This document shows, in pieces, positions 35,621 to 49,429 of a stretch of 64,000 nt of DNA (positions are counted from its first letter, which is position 1; each line of letters starts with the position of its first letter). The DNA comes from Octopus sinensis (taxonomy: Eukaryota), in NCBI RefSeq assembly GCF_006345805.1, contig NC_043006.1, positions 90,892,001-90,956,000 of the forward strand. The letters run 5' to 3'. Position numbers and translations under genes: made by a program. Under the pieces are notes generated by a model, which saw only the letters and a program-made list of their open reading frames with translations, was not told the DNA's origin and made no database searches.

Positions 35621-38600
35621 ATGATATATATATATATATATATACATACATATACATACATATATATATTCTCTTTATTTGTGACAAATGATGATTTTAA
35701 TTATCAGGGATTATGATTGAGAGAATGTATCAAAAATTATAAAAGACAATTTGTTTTCAAACTAAATTTTCTTTTTATAATCTTCAGTACGCTCTCTTGT
35801 TTTGAAAGCAATAAAATGTAATCTAGTATTGATTTATCAAATTATCAAAAAATAAAACAGAAGAAGACTACATAATAAACTGCAACACTGTAAGTAATGC
35901 TCTGGTTGTTCTTTCCAACTTTTTTGTCTGATGTTGAGTGAAGTCAGTCTCTCAGAAGATGAAAAACCTGTATAGTACTTTATCAAATTTATTCCTTTGG
36001 TGACGAAAATAAATCAATATAATAAATTGGCATCCACTTGCTTAAATGAAATGGAAATATTTGTTAGCTTTAATATTTTGATCGCAATGCGGTGATTGCC
36101 AAAAATAATAAATTATTAGAGCATTGATGAATGTATTGGCAAAAGCTGTATCATCAGACGGATGAGTGAGGACTATTTTATGCCCCCCAGGGAATTATTT
36201 TCATCTTTATTTAAAGCATGATACCCTTGAGGATTCTTAAAGGGAAATATTCTGTATTAATTACCTTCAAGGTAGAAAATTCTGTCAGACGATGCATAAT
36301 TGAATGAAGTTATAATTGGTCAATGTCTCAAAAGTCAACCAACTAAGAATGAAAGTTTATTAGAGCTGTCAATGACAATCAGGTTATTGTGCTTTCAAAG
36401 GCTTTACCTGAAACATACAAGTGTTATTATTCCGAAACTGGCCAGGTATTACAGGTGTTACTGACTTCTTGCCTTGATATCACCTGTCACTGTCATGCAA
36501 ATGATGTCCTTCATTTGCAGTGTTCCAGTCTGATCATGGGATGATATTGTCTTACTTGGAAACAGGTGATGGTTGGCAACTGGAAGGGTGTCCAGCCATA
36601 GAAAATCTGCCTTTACGAATTCCATCCAACCCCTTGCCAGCTTAGGAAAGTGAATACTCAAATGATGACAATTGAAACCTTATGTAACCCTTATAGAATG
36701 AGATTTTGGAGAAAAAAAATTAAACTTCTGATGATGTCTGAAAATATTTTTTAGAAAAGGAAAATATATCTGCTTGACTATATATGTGATGTGATGTCCT
36801 GTAAACTATTGCTTTGCAGAACTGAATATTTTCCCATATTTAATTACAGGGTTTTCATGAATTGATTTATAGAAATCCATTTTCACTTTTATATACACAT
36901 ATAATTTCAATTCCATGTATATTTGTATGCCTTTAGAAAAGGTAGGGCCATCACAACGTGCTATATCATCTCTCCTTGGAACTACAAAAGTCACTCTCCT
37001 GTCAACAAATCATCTACTTGCTTTGTGTCTTTCAAAATGTGTGAAATAAGAGATCCCTTATCTGAAAAACAAGCAAGAGTTAGTAAAGGAAGAGCATCTT
37101 TCTGTTAAACAATACTTCAGTTATATATACTTATAAATAAATCTTTTGAAGATTAGATTTACTTGAATATTTTAAATATTGCTTTCATTCAAAATTAATT
37201 TATATTACTGATTAATCATTGACTTGGTTTAAGTTTAGCATTTTTGGAATATGTTTGACTGAATTTTCATAACTTTTCATCTCAGTTTCATTTTCTAGTC
37301 TCTCATCTTTAATTGCAAACATATGACCTGAATTTCATTCCGGTTAGATTTCTTCAAGTTATGATTTACTATTACTAGAATAGTCCATACATGCATTTTG
37401 TTAGAAATGTATGTGATTTCACCCTATAATATTATCTACACCTAGTTTAGTAACCTTGGAGGGATAAAATGCTAAGTTAACTCAGTAAGATATGAACTCA
37501 GCACTCAGAATGCCGCTGGAAAGATCCAAACTTCATGAAGCATATAGTCCATTACTCTACCATTTCTGCCATGATCAACTTGATATTTAAAGGAGTCTGT
37601 ACATGGTCATTTGGTCTGCTAGAAGTAGAGCAAAATCTTCTGCACATATTTCCATGTGTGACTGTTATTCTGAAGAGAGTAAAGAAGAATCTCAGTTCTA
37701 AGAAATGAGAAATACCAGTAAAATCAGAACAAAATTCACACATCATTATCACCATTGTTGTTTTACTTTTGCTTTCTATGCTGGCATGAGTAAGTAATAC
37801 TCTAAACAGATTTTATATTTGTACAGTAAAATTAAAAATGAAAAAAATGTTATGAATACCCATGAAAATTCACTCAGATAAATTCAGAAAATGGTAAATC
37901 AGTGATATAAATCAAATTTGAATGAAAGCAATATCCTTAAAATATTCAGGTAAATTCATACTTCAAAAGACTTATACAATTCATATGTTACTATCTTGAA
38001 AAAAAGGAGAAAACATTGGACGATATAGTTCCTAATATTAAAAAAAAACAAACTGGATAGTCACAGCTGGAATACCTTATTCAATCTGCCCAGTAAGAGC
38101 AGCTTACCATATTTACAATACCAGTTATAAGCAAATGAACGATTAAATCAGTTTTATATAAATTTGTGAGACTTAAAAATAGTGTCACATTTTCCCCATT
38201 CTCTGTAAAATTAGTTAAAAGAAGTCTTTGCAGCTCTGAATTAAAATATTCACTCTTTCAGTATGTTGACTTGAAGGCCAAGTTCATTCTGGATGCTGAC
38301 TTGTTACCTCAATTAACTAAGGAATTATGATTATCTCAATTGTACTTCCTGCTGGTCGTTTTCTCTGGAAACCAAGTGGGTAGGATATATTTTTCACCTT
38401 TGGTATTATTATGGTTTTGTAGACCAGTAATAACAGTGAAATAGTAAATCTTTTATTTTTGACTTTTGGATAATTTGAGTTGTTATGGCTTGTTTCATGT
38501 ATCATATTTGATAATTCATATTAATATTTTGTATTTGCTCAGTTGGCTTTTGACATAGAAATTGAAACTATTGAAATATTATGGAAATTGGCTGTTAGTG

Positions 38601-40579
38601 ACATGTCTAACCATTTGGGAAATACTTTTAAATATTAGTGAAGTGAAGTGTTGAAAGCATTTAAGTTGTCTTTTTAAGAATTCCTTTCCTGGCTCTTATC
38701 ACTCACTATCATAAATCATTTATATTGCCATTGTTCCTTCTCAGTGCAGCACATCTTACACAAAACCACTTTCAGATCTGTCTTTAAAAGCAAGATTGTA
38801 ATTTTTACCATTTTCTGCTACCCCATTACTGAACTTGTATTTCTGTTCATAGAAATAGTAATAATGTGGATGCTAAATTCAGTGGCAATTTAGTTTTGTC
38901 AAATTTTGTAGTTTCACTCAAAAGAACCATTTAATACAGCGTTAGCATTTTATCTAGTAAAATATAGCCATTCTCTATTTGTAACACTAATCTATTTGTT
39001 TTTTTTTTCTTTTTTCCTATCAGATCTCACTTTTTACTTCACTTAAGATGCAGTTCTTTAGTAAATATCTCTGATAAAATTTTCTCCAAAAAAAAAAAAA
39101 AGAAAGAAAAGAATTGTGCTTCATTCGAATAGTTGAAAAAGTAAAGCATTAAGTATATTTTGTTTTCTCATCATTCCTTCAGTAGTTGCTCACATGTCTG
39201 TCAGGTTGCCCTGAATGTTACTGATCACATTTAATCTGGTATAATTTGTTATGGGGTTGACTGCAGATAAACTGACACCCCACCACCAAGCAAGCCTGGT
39301 AGAAGAAGGTTAACTACAAACCCAGCAGAGCGAAAACAAAACCAGTCAAAAGAAAGGATGAACCCAATATAGGGTCAATGATTATGTAGCATTCATTCAT
39401 GGGGTGCAGAAATACCCTCAGATAGTGAGGAAGACCACTAATACTTGTCAGAAAAGCTATTAAGGGAAGGAAAGATAAGGCTTCTTAGCTATGCAATGTG
39501 TGACCTATCTATTGAATTTAAGAAGGCACAGGTTAGGGAGTTCACTCAGGAAGACAAGCTATGAGGTAATCTCTGACAAACTAGAGTTTTAATTATTCTT
39601 CGTCATCCTTACCATTGAACCTATCACCTTCACAATGAAGATAATAATATTGGGATATGAACACTATAAGACTTCATTGCCATTGCCAAGGTGTCTTCTC
39701 TTGCCATGTAGATGATGATTTTTGGATCCCAGGGGTAGCCATTGTTGTTGTGATGGTTGGAGTATCACACACATCTGCTATAATAGAATACTGCCATTCC
39801 TGTAGTTTTCTCATTGGTGAAGGTGTATGTTAAGTATAATGATTGACAGCTCACCTGGTTTAGTGCATTCACTCTTGTTGCTGCTCTCCAAGAAATATGG
39901 TCTTCTAATGATCCACAGTTAGAAATGGTAGATTGAGATGCTTTGTCACCACAATTGAAGAATGAAATACTCATCATCAAATATGATGCACAACCATCAG
40001 CAAGCTGCATGTGTATGTATTTAAACACCCAGTAATTAACCATTAGCAAGAGAAGCAGTGAAGTTATTCTTTGCATTATTGTATATTGTAGTATTAAATT
40101 AGAGACATGATTTACTGTTCAGAGTTATCTTCAAGAATTATTTTGCTGTTTCTTTTTACTTTTAACTTTGCTTTATCTTTATTATAACAAATATTAGTCA
40201 CACAATTGGATTGATTTGTCTTTTTGCTTTTTGATGAAAATAAAAATGATTTCTTATTTGAAGACACTTTATCCATAAAAATGCATCACTCATGCTGAGA
40301 GCACCATTTCTTCTATTCAGTTTAGTCCAGGTATGCACAACCTTTTTCAAGAAGTGGGCTGCATGAGACATGACTCATCATCAGGTTTCATTGTCATGCC
40401 ATTCAGAGAGTCCTGCAGGCCACAGTTTGCCCATAACTGGTTTGGACAAAATGGAACTATACACACAAAAGTATTTCATAGCATCCACACTAACCTCATT
40501 AACTTGGTTGGGTAGCACAGGGTCAACAACTGTAGCACACTAAATCTACCTCACTCTACTATGCTATGGTCACTACCAG

Positions 40580-40768
40580 AATCTAATGGCTTGCTAGAAA
40601 TAGCAGCCAAATTACTTCATACTTCACTCCACCATCTTAAACAAACAGAAAGCATTACTCAGTGTCTTCCTAGATATACAAAAATGATTGGATGGTCATG
40701 GTTGTAACACATTTGATCACAGCCTTACTCAGTGATGGCTGGTGTAAGTGTAAACAGCGAAAACAACA
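40580..40768 (+). mobile_element. Short repeat family with a (CAA)n-like tail (also ~38000-38090, ~51308-51459, ~60105-60301)
   Basis: Shared blocks TAGCAGC(C/T)AAAT, CACCATCTTA, GGTCA(C/T)GG/AGCTG..TTTGATCA and GGGCTAAACAAC. Confidence 0.55.
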
Positions 40769-41881
40769 GATGTATTGATACAGTAGAGGCAGTAAAGAAA
40801 ATGTGCACCTTTATAAGCTGCTGCATTCTTCCTTAACAGCCACTGTATGTTGGATGGTGCTGCTGAGGTGGTCACTTAGGTTGTGGGTATGTCAGTAGTT
40901 ATGGAACTGCGGTTCCTACTAATTTATTTCTTTGACAACTTGCATGTCATTGAGCCGATTTGGTGCTACAAAAATGAATCAATCAATTTACAACAATTAT
41001 ATTACTATTGCCATTTGCTCTTATAATACTTAAAATTTTGTCACAATATTATTTTTATTTTCTCACATTAGAATAAAGAATGTTATCCACTCTCCATAAC
41101 AGAATCTTAAATTTGTGAGTTTCAACTAATGATTAAAAATTGCTAATTCAGATGGGGCAGAATGTTTCTCCTGCAAAGCAATTTTATGCAAAAGTTATTT
41201 GGACAATCAGCCTATATACTTGCTTGCATCTCCTCATGGAATTTGTTATTCTTTATAGTTCTTTAGTGTTGAAAAACTATCTTCATCTTTACCCTGACTT
41301 GTTTAATGAAGAAAAGTTATAAGTTAATAACTGATCCTTTTTATTTCTTGGTGAGAATCACTGTTCTTAAATTTAATAAAACTGAGGAAAGAATCTATTT
41401 CACATTTTATATTAGATAATTCATTGGCTCATGTAATATTTTTAATTTTAAATAATCTAAGATATTTTTGCTAAACATACTTTTTATTAATATTTTAATA
41501 ATAAAATCTTATTTTATCAATTATTGAACATTCAATATTTTTAGTTCAATAAATTTTATCGTCTCTTGGAAGCTGTGTATAAGATTTGTGCATCTTATAA
41601 CTTGCAAAAATAATTGCTATCTTCACAGTTATTTAAAAATATCAGAAAAATTACTGTTGAATCTGAAAATTTTAATACAAGAATACTACTGCAATTATTA
41701 TTATTATTATTATCATGTTTCTTCTTTCTTTCTTCAAATTTTCTTCCATTTCTCGCCGAGTGTTTTCCATACACCTAGGGCAGAGAAGCTCATTGTATGC
41801 ATTCCCAGATTACACGCGCAAATTCACAGATAAAATATGTATTTAAAAATTAATAAATAAATAAATTCATCGATGTTGTTT

Positions 41882-42320
41882 TCACAGTGATAATGCTCTT
41901 CTCAGTACATGAGCCGTTGCAGTTAATATAATTTTTTGCACTTCCTGTAGGGATGGTAAGCCTGGAATCATTTTCAAATAGGTTTCAGTACCTTTTTTTA
42001 TCATTCCTAGAGATACCATATTTTTTCAATTTCTATTAGCAAGTCTTTATATATACTAATCTTGTCAAATTCTTTCGCCGCTATATTTTGATCGCAAGGA
42101 ATACTCATGTCAATAAATAAACATCTTTTTTGTCTGATCTTTTATAATAATATCCGGTTTGTTAGCTTTTATAGTCTTGTTGGTCTGTACGGGGAAGTCC
42201 CATAGAATCAACACATTTTCTCCCTCAGTCACAGCTTCAGGATGGTGTTTATACCATTTGTCAGCGGTTTTGATTTTATAATGCCGACATATTGTCCAAT
42301 GTAAATACTGGCCAACTCGG
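41882..42320 (-). pseudogene. R4/Dong restriction-like endonuclease domain
   Basis: RVGQYLHWTIC..KWYKHHP..ILWDFPVQT..KPDIII..FIDMSIP..KEFDK..YKDL..EIEKIW, then after a short deletion near 42010 LGMI..QKIILTATAHVLRRAL*. Confidence 0.88.
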
Positions 42321-43847
42321 TAGCTTGCGGATTTTTCTGTCAATTTTCATTATTTCACTGGTATTCCAGTTAAGCACATTGAAGCTATAAAGAACAACTG
42401 GAACTGCTAAGGAATTTATGGCTAACACCTTATTATATGCATTCAGCTCAGACTTCAGGACTGCTCGAACTCTTCTATAACATTCCTTCCTAACCTTCTC
42501 TTTCATGCTTGCATGCTGAATACCAGAGCCTTCATTTATTCCTAGGTATTTATAGGTTTCTTCCTGCTCAAGTTCCTTTATTACTGTTTCGACATCTAAT
42601 TCGATTGAACTAGACTTTACCAATTTCCCTTTCTTAAAAGTGGCTTTGGCACACTTTTCAAGGCCAAACTCCATCCCAATATCATCACTGAATCCTTTCA
42701 CAGTATGTAATAATCCTTCAAGCTCTTCATCATCTTTGCCATATAGCTTTAAATCATCCATATAAAATAGATGGCTTATTTTCCTTTTGTCAATTTTGTA
42801 GCTATATCCTGTTCTATTCAGTTCACTTGAGAGCGGTATTAGTGCTATGCAGAAAATTAGTGGTGAAAGTGAGTCACCTTGGAAAATTCCACAGTTTATG
42901 CTAATATTGTTTGAGCGCAATACTCCATTAGAATGATGTAATTGGAGCTTCGTGTTCCATAGTGACATATTATACTTTAAAAAATCTGAAATCACAGGAG
43001 AAATTTTGAAAATGTCCAGCGATTTCAGAATCCACGAATGCGGTATGCTATCAAAGGCTTTTTTATAATCAATCCATGAAGATCTGAGATTTCTGCGCTT
43101 GTTATGGTAGTTCTCAAGGATCATACGGTTAATTAGGAGCTGATCTTTGCATCCGTATGAGCCTTGTCTGCATCCTTTTTGTTCAGTGGGAACGAGGTTA
43201 TTCTCTTCCATAAACGTATATGATTTTTCTACTAGAATAGATGTCAAAATCTTATAGGTAGTAGATAAACATGTTATAGGCCGGTAGTTTTTTGGGTCTT
43301 TCATTTTGTTATTTTTGGGGAGGAGGTAAGTAATACCATTTGCCATCCAATAGGGTGTTTTTTCCGGGTCTTTCATAACACTATTAAATAGTATTACTAA
43401 CATTTTGTGTGCAGACGAGAGTGATGAGAGCCAGAAATTTGGTACTCTATCAATACCAGGGGATTTCCACTTATGAGCCTTCGTTAGTGCCCTCCTTAGG
43501 TCGGTGATTGAGATGTCTTCCCATACCTGTTCTTGCAGATTTTTGTAGTCATCTTGGATGCGTTTGATCCACTCTGCATTTTCATTGTATGGTTTCTCAT
43601 CTCTCCAGATCCTCTTCCAAAACTTTTCAACTTCTTCCATTAGGGGTGGATTTTCAATGGTTATTTTTTCTTTCCCTATTTCCCTGTAAAATGATTTGGC
43701 ATTGGATTTGAACATCTTATTTTGTTTGTAGAATTTGATTCTTTTCTCAAATCTGCATATTCTCTGAGCTTTTGCTTGAACTTTTTGTTTAAGTGTCTCT
43801 TTCACTGACATTAGTTCTTCTCTTGTTGAGTGTCCATATTTTCTCAC
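42321..43847 (-). pseudogene. R4/Dong reverse transcriptase domain (open frame)
   Basis: WKSPGID, NYRPITCL, EQKGC, IDYKKAFDSIPHSWI, GIFQGDSLSP, HLFYMDDLKLY, FGLEKCA, YKYLG. Confidence 0.93.
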
Positions 43848-44823
43848 AATCTTCCTGCCTTTTCTTGATCTTAGAGATTAGCTCAGTTAATATTGATATC
43901 TCTCTGCGCAATGATTCAATTTCAGTTTCAATTCTACTCCTCCAGTTTGATTTTTTTTTCGGATTTGGTATTGTTGGCTTTTTGGGTGTTAAACAGCGTC
44001 TTTCGATTACCTTAGCGACAGAGTAAATAATTTCATTTAATTTATTAAGATCGGGTTTTAGTTGTTGTATGATTTCCTGTGTAACGCAGTTGCCAATTTT
44101 TATTTGTGTTTTATGTTGATGTGCATTTGAGAGTTTATGGAGTGGTTCCCTATCATTCATAGTTGTATGCCCTACAACTGCAAGCTCATTCAGAACTTCT
44201 TGCTTCATTTCAATGATAGATTTTCTGTGTTGTTTAACAAACATGTGGTCTTCAAATTCTGTTTCGATATCAGTTTCCGGGCTGTTTTTTCTAGGGTCAT
44301 TATATTTTCCTTTTTCTTCAGGATCTTGAGTTTTTTCGGCAGATGGTCGCCTTTCAGTCAATGCTTGTGGCCCAACATTCCTCTCCTCAGCTTCGTTATT
44401 TCTTTCCTGACTTACATTTAGGTCATTCTCTACCACTTTTTTAATAGAGGTTAATTCTGCATCTGTGAGTCTGGTATTTCTTAAGATATCTCTTCTAACA
44501 TTTGCTAATCTGTTTTCATCCAGGTTTGGTCTGCTAGCTGGATTCCTGCTCCTCCAAATTCCGTAGGAGTTTGCGGTGTGTTTCTCTTGGGTTGGCCTAC
44601 TTAATGCAAAGTAATAAGCATATATTACTTCTTTATATTCTTCCCAGTTCCATTTAGTTCTTTTACTTTTTTGCTTTTCTGGTCGTTGTGGTGATGAACT
44701 TTGGGGGCTTAATTTGGGACAAATCCCGTTTAAGTGACCTTCTAGGTTTGTATCCGGGGAAGATATTCTGCCATTTGAAAATTTTTTGCCATCAAGCTGG
44801 CAGCCTCCTGACGGGTGCGCTTC
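43789..44823 (-). pseudogene. R4/Dong N-terminal region with a Myb-like domain
   Basis: Frame is open from 44823 and includes KRTKWNWEEYKEVIYAYY..IWRSRNP..LANVRRDILRN.RLTDAEL. A frameshift near 43860 separates it from the RT frame. Confidence 0.78.
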
Positions 44824-44963
44824 CTATATAACCATTGGACAGGCGATTTGGTGGACTGTTAGAAATTTTCTTTTCAAGTAAAGTTAAATTATTATTACGG
44901 TTTCATAAAAAAAAAAAAAATTTAACCACTAATCTTCATACAGGGGCCTCATTTATCATCATT

Positions 44964-45460
44964 AGCAGCAGCAGCCCCAGTGGTTGTAGCAGCAGCAATA
45001 TTATTGTCAGCAGTAGCAGCAGCAGTGGTAGTAGCAATAGCAGCAGTAGTAGTAGCAGCCACAGCAGCAGCAGCAGTAATAGTAGTAGTAGTAGCAGTGG
45101 TAGTACCAGTAGTAGTAGCAGCAGCGGTGGTAGCAGCAACAACAGCAGTGGTAGCAATAGTAGTAGTATTAACAGCAGTAGCATTGGTAGCAGCAACATC
45201 AGCAGAGGTAGCAATAGTAGTAGTAGTGACAGCAGCAGCAGTAGTGACCCTAGTTGTAGCAGCAGCAGTAGTAGTAGTAGTAGTAGTAGCAGTAGTAGTA
45301 GTAGCTGCAGCAGTAGTAGCAGCAGCAGTAGTAGTAGCAGCAGTAGTAGCTGCAGCAGTAGTAGTAGTAGCTGCAGTAGTAGTAGTAGTAGTAGCAGCAG
45401 TAGTAGTAGTAGCAGTAGTAGCTACAGCAGCAGCACCAGTAGTTGTTGTAGTAGTAGTAA
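44964..45460. repeat. ~500-bp mixed (AGT/AGC)n trinucleotide array
   Basis: Seen directly; it is the source of the poly-Ser, poly-Val/Ala and poly-Leu ORFs. Confidence 0.93.
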
Positions 45461-46197
45461 GTCTGGCTCATGTAATTTTTTTTTGTTTTAGGTGGGATGA
45501 GGTCAAATGTCTACTACTAGTAGCAGCGCACAGTGACCTTAACCTTAAGAAAAATTAAGGAAGGGCAGAGTTACTCTGTTCTGTATTATTTGTGAGAAGA
45601 GGAGTTGTGTTTGACCAGAGAAAATCTATTGTTAGAATCATTATTATTTTTTTTTTTTTTTCCATGTGCGTTTGTGTTATTGCAATAAAAAGTATGTTTG
45701 CATATTTCGGGTAGTCCGGGAGAAAATAAAGGTAATATTGTAGAGATTGAAGTTGACTTTTCTAGAGATGTCTGTATATCCAGTTAGAGAGAACAGATGT
45801 GTTTTTGCAATAAAAAGTATATGTTTACATTTATATTTGAATATTCAGGGAGAAAGGAAAGAAAAGTCAAATTTTCATAGAAAGTTTTAAGATTCACCAA
45901 AGATAGTCTTTTGTAAGTCCACACAAAGAAAAGCGTGATGTTTTTAGAAAGAAGAAAAAAAAAGGGATGTTTACAGAGGGAAGGATGAGTATTCAAGGCA
46001 GTTGTGGATATTAAAGTTTTTAAAGCTGATCGTTTGTGTGTTTGAAAACTGTAGATATGTAAATTTGTAAATTTCTTAACTTATTTTGAAGAGAATTTTA
46101 AATACTCACAGGATATTGTAGATATTCCAGTCTTTGAGAGTTATTTTTTCCCTGTTGTCCCACTAGGTCATATGAGTGTTTCTATGGCTTTCAGCTA

Positions 46198-46216
46198 CTA
46201 TTATTATTATTATTAA

Positions 46217-46261
<45 letters not shown>

Positions 46262-46760
46262 CATAATTATGATAATGATTATTATTATTATTATATTTGA
46301 CATACTCACCTTGTTGCTGGGGGGGAGGTCATAAATGTGCCAACTGTTCACTTCCCATGAACTAAGGTGATACGTCTTTCAAGTCTCAAAAACTTTGTGA
46401 ATGACCTCTTGCACTGCTAAATAATATTGTTTTCTTGATATGCTCTATTTTCATTTGTGCTCCTATCATTTCCACCCAATTCTTCTTAATATTCATTTGC
46501 TCTCTGTATCCTGGGCGCCCACAACTGTTAGCACAATATATACCTTTTTCATTGATCATAACTTTTTGATTTCTCTCTTGAGAGCTTCACATCTAATCAG
46601 ATTTTCTTCTTCTCTCTCAGTAACTCTGCTGTATCCTGGGCATAGGATGTCTATGATCAAGGCACAAACTTCATTCCATATCTCTACCAGCACAATATCA
46701 GGTTTACAATGTCCACTTCTGCAATCATATGGGATCGTCATCATTGTCATTATTATTATC
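46198..46760 (-). mobile_element. 5'-truncated second R4/Dong-like 3' end with a long (TAA)n tail
   Basis: KPDIVLVE..LIIDILCPG..EREEENL..EALKREIKKL*SMKKVYIV..VVGAQ..EVIHKVFET* (stop 46381-46379). (TTA)n at 46198-46294 and a short tta run at about 46749-46759. Confidence 0.82.
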
Positions 46761-47448
46761 TCATCCTTTCAGGATAAAATAAGTAACAGTGGAAAACTGG
46801 GCTTCATGTAATCAACTCCTCCTCCAAAATTCCAGACCTTTTGCCTTATTAATAGAAAGAATTATTTACTGTTAGCATCATCTTTCATGTTTCTATATTT
46901 TCCAGTATACTTTACGTTAGTGGTCTACAAATTCATCCTTTTGATTCACTAATTAATCAGGATTTGACTGAATTCACATTCAGAATCCCTATTTCCAGTG
47001 CTTGAGTCATCCCCTTGTCTGCTATTCAACTCTTCTGTATAATACTTGTTGTTGTTGTAAGTGTGTGTGTGTGCACATGCACACATTATACCAGAAACTT
47101 GTTTAGTGTACAACAATATATTTCAAGAAAGTTATAGAGACTTCACAGATATTGACTTATTTCCTGGTCACACTCATGTCAGTTACAAAGAAATATTATT
47201 GATGATCACTTCTTCTATTGCTTCTGCTGTTGAGAATATGTGTGTAGAATAATGATAAATTCTTCCATTATCTTCAGTGTGTCTTGGAGAGTTTGGCTCT
47301 GGCAGTTGGGAATAATAATTTCAATCCTGACCAAATGCTTATATAACTGTTAATAACAAGCCATTAAAGTATACTATAAATGACTGAATCAAGCCTTTGC
47401 TGATGAGAACATTGGTTTGCATCACAAAATTGAAATAGTCACAAATAA

Positions 47449-47531
47449 GCGCAGGAGTGGCTGTGTGGTAAGTAGCTTGTTTACCAACCACATGGTTCCG
47501 GGTTCAGTCCCACTGCGTGGCACCTTGGGCA
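47449..47531 (+). mobile_element. Well-preserved tRNA-like head of SINE family 1 (truncated)
   Basis: A-box-like TGGCTGTGTGG and B-box-like GGTTCAGTCC (47501-47510), followed by CACCTTGGGCA. Confidence 0.85.
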
Positions 47532-49429
47532 CATTGGTCACATGTGGAAGAGGCACAAAAATGGTTTACACTCTATATTACACATTAAATAACCCTTGGT
47601 TGTTGCAGATGATTTCTTAAATTTCAAATAACAATTGAAAAGAAAAAAAACTTCTCCTTGGCATCCGATTGATGGTATTACTTTAGACTACATTTCAATT
47701 ACAAATTGGCAACACTTTCTCCTTTTGGTGCTGTTCAGTGCCATCTTAAAGCATGAACACAAAGGCAGTTGCTCAGGAGAATCACTGGTCTAGGAACCTA
47801 ATTCTCATCCTATGTATACAGTGCTTTACAGTCAATAAATTACTATTATAGGGGCCAGTGCATTGATTTCCCTGGGGTCTTATAATGCTGTGAAGATAAC
47901 CCTGGTACTGTTATACTGTTTTATTTCATAAATCACTCATAATTTTGGGAATTTTCAAATGAATGAAAATATATAATACATCTATGGATTTTAAATTGGA
48001 ACAGGGTTGTTTACATATGTTCCTTATTCAATTCTGTTAATATATTGATTAGATAACTATTACATCTTTGAATATTGTGAGTGTAGGATATGGTAGTTAT
48101 AACGAACTTAACTTTCAATTGTTAACTTGCTCAAGAAATTTCTCTGTAAATATAATGGGTGCATTAAAAGTTGTACTTGATTGTCATCCATCATTTTGTC
48201 TCTTTCTAAACAAAAGTAAGCGAGTGAGAAGTATTTGCAGAGTAGCATAATTCTGTCAGCAACTGTGATTGTGTGTGTGTGTGTACATATACAGAAATGT
48301 GCATATATTTATACATTCTTTCTTACCTCATTTGATAATATCTGGGTGTGTATGTGCAAGTATTTGTGTGAGTATGTGTGTGTTTTTGTGTCTGAAAGTT
48401 TTATATTTTTAGGAATGTTTTCTCAAATACATTGCAGAAATATTAATCTTTTTAAATACTTTAAATTGATTTCCTTTTCTTTATAGTTTCCACCTTTCAC
48501 ATCAATAGTCATAGAAAGTCTCATATATCTAAACCTGTACCCTTTATGTTTCTTCATTAAAGGAGAAAAAAAAGAAAGAGAGAGAGTTGTTGGTAGTAGC
48601 AGATCTTGTTACAAAAGTAGTCCAAATTGTTTTTGTGCTTCATACACCTCAAACAGTAAATATTCTCAATAAATTCAATGGAACAAAAGCTTTAGCATTA
48701 TATCATGGCGGCGTTGGCAGTTTGAATTTCTAATTCAACCAATTTAAAACTAGTGAGATATACAGAATGTTTCCTGTATTTCTTAATTCTTCAGATTATT
48801 GCTAAAAATCTTTTGTGTGTGTTCCTGCTCCGTGAATCAAACCATGAAATATATTACAAAGACTTTGCAATACTATCTGGAAGAGTTGAATTGATTTTGA
48901 ATATTCTCTTCTATTTAAGCTTTAAATAAAACCAGAATAAATCATTTATTTTCATTACAGTTGTGTGTTAGCTAATGATAAAGTGTATTTATTTTAAATG
49001 TTTAAGTATGCACGTTTAAAGACCATGTATTTAAAGTTCAATAATTTGTTGAAAATATCTCCATTGAAAAGTCTCTAAGTATATGAATTAAGATTCCTAA
49101 TATCTAATTTATTAACAATTCACCTCTGTTATAGCAAATCTATTATAGACATAATAATCTATATTTCAAGAGACTTGTGGCTGTATACTTACTCTATGTA
49201 AATCAAACTTCTATGGAATCTTTAGATTACATGAAAGCAAATGGATTATACTTGTTAGAACTGTTTATATATTTACTTTCCTTTTAAGTAGAAAAAAAAA
49301 ATTATTAATTACATATATTTAAGTGACATACTTTGCAATATTCAAGAATTATTAACATGTGCTTTACTCGTCCTGGCTTCAATTTTCAGTATTGTTTCTC
49401 TCTCTTTAGTCTTTTCCAATATATTTACT

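Larger units (their letters stand above)
41713..44888 (-). mobile_element. Near-full-length R4/Dong-clade non-LTR retrotransposon, bracketed by (TAA)n
   Basis: Myb-like N-terminus, RT and RLE endonuclease. (TAA)6 lies at the 3' end (41695-41712) and (TAA)3 at the 5' end (44889-44897). Confidence 0.92.

Noticed and set aside
44889-44955. CTGTATGA...GAAACCGTA on the minus strand as a ribozyme at the Dong 5' end
   Set aside because: Stems I and II do not pair and stem III would have a 1-nt loop; no HDV-like fold was seen either.
44835-45558. Poly-Ser, poly-Val/Ala and poly-Leu ORFs
   Set aside because: They are fully explained by the AGY trinucleotide array; no splice or domain context.
47449-47531. 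True tRNA gene
   Set aside because: A and B boxes are present, but there is no complete cloverleaf and it continues into SINE body sequence.
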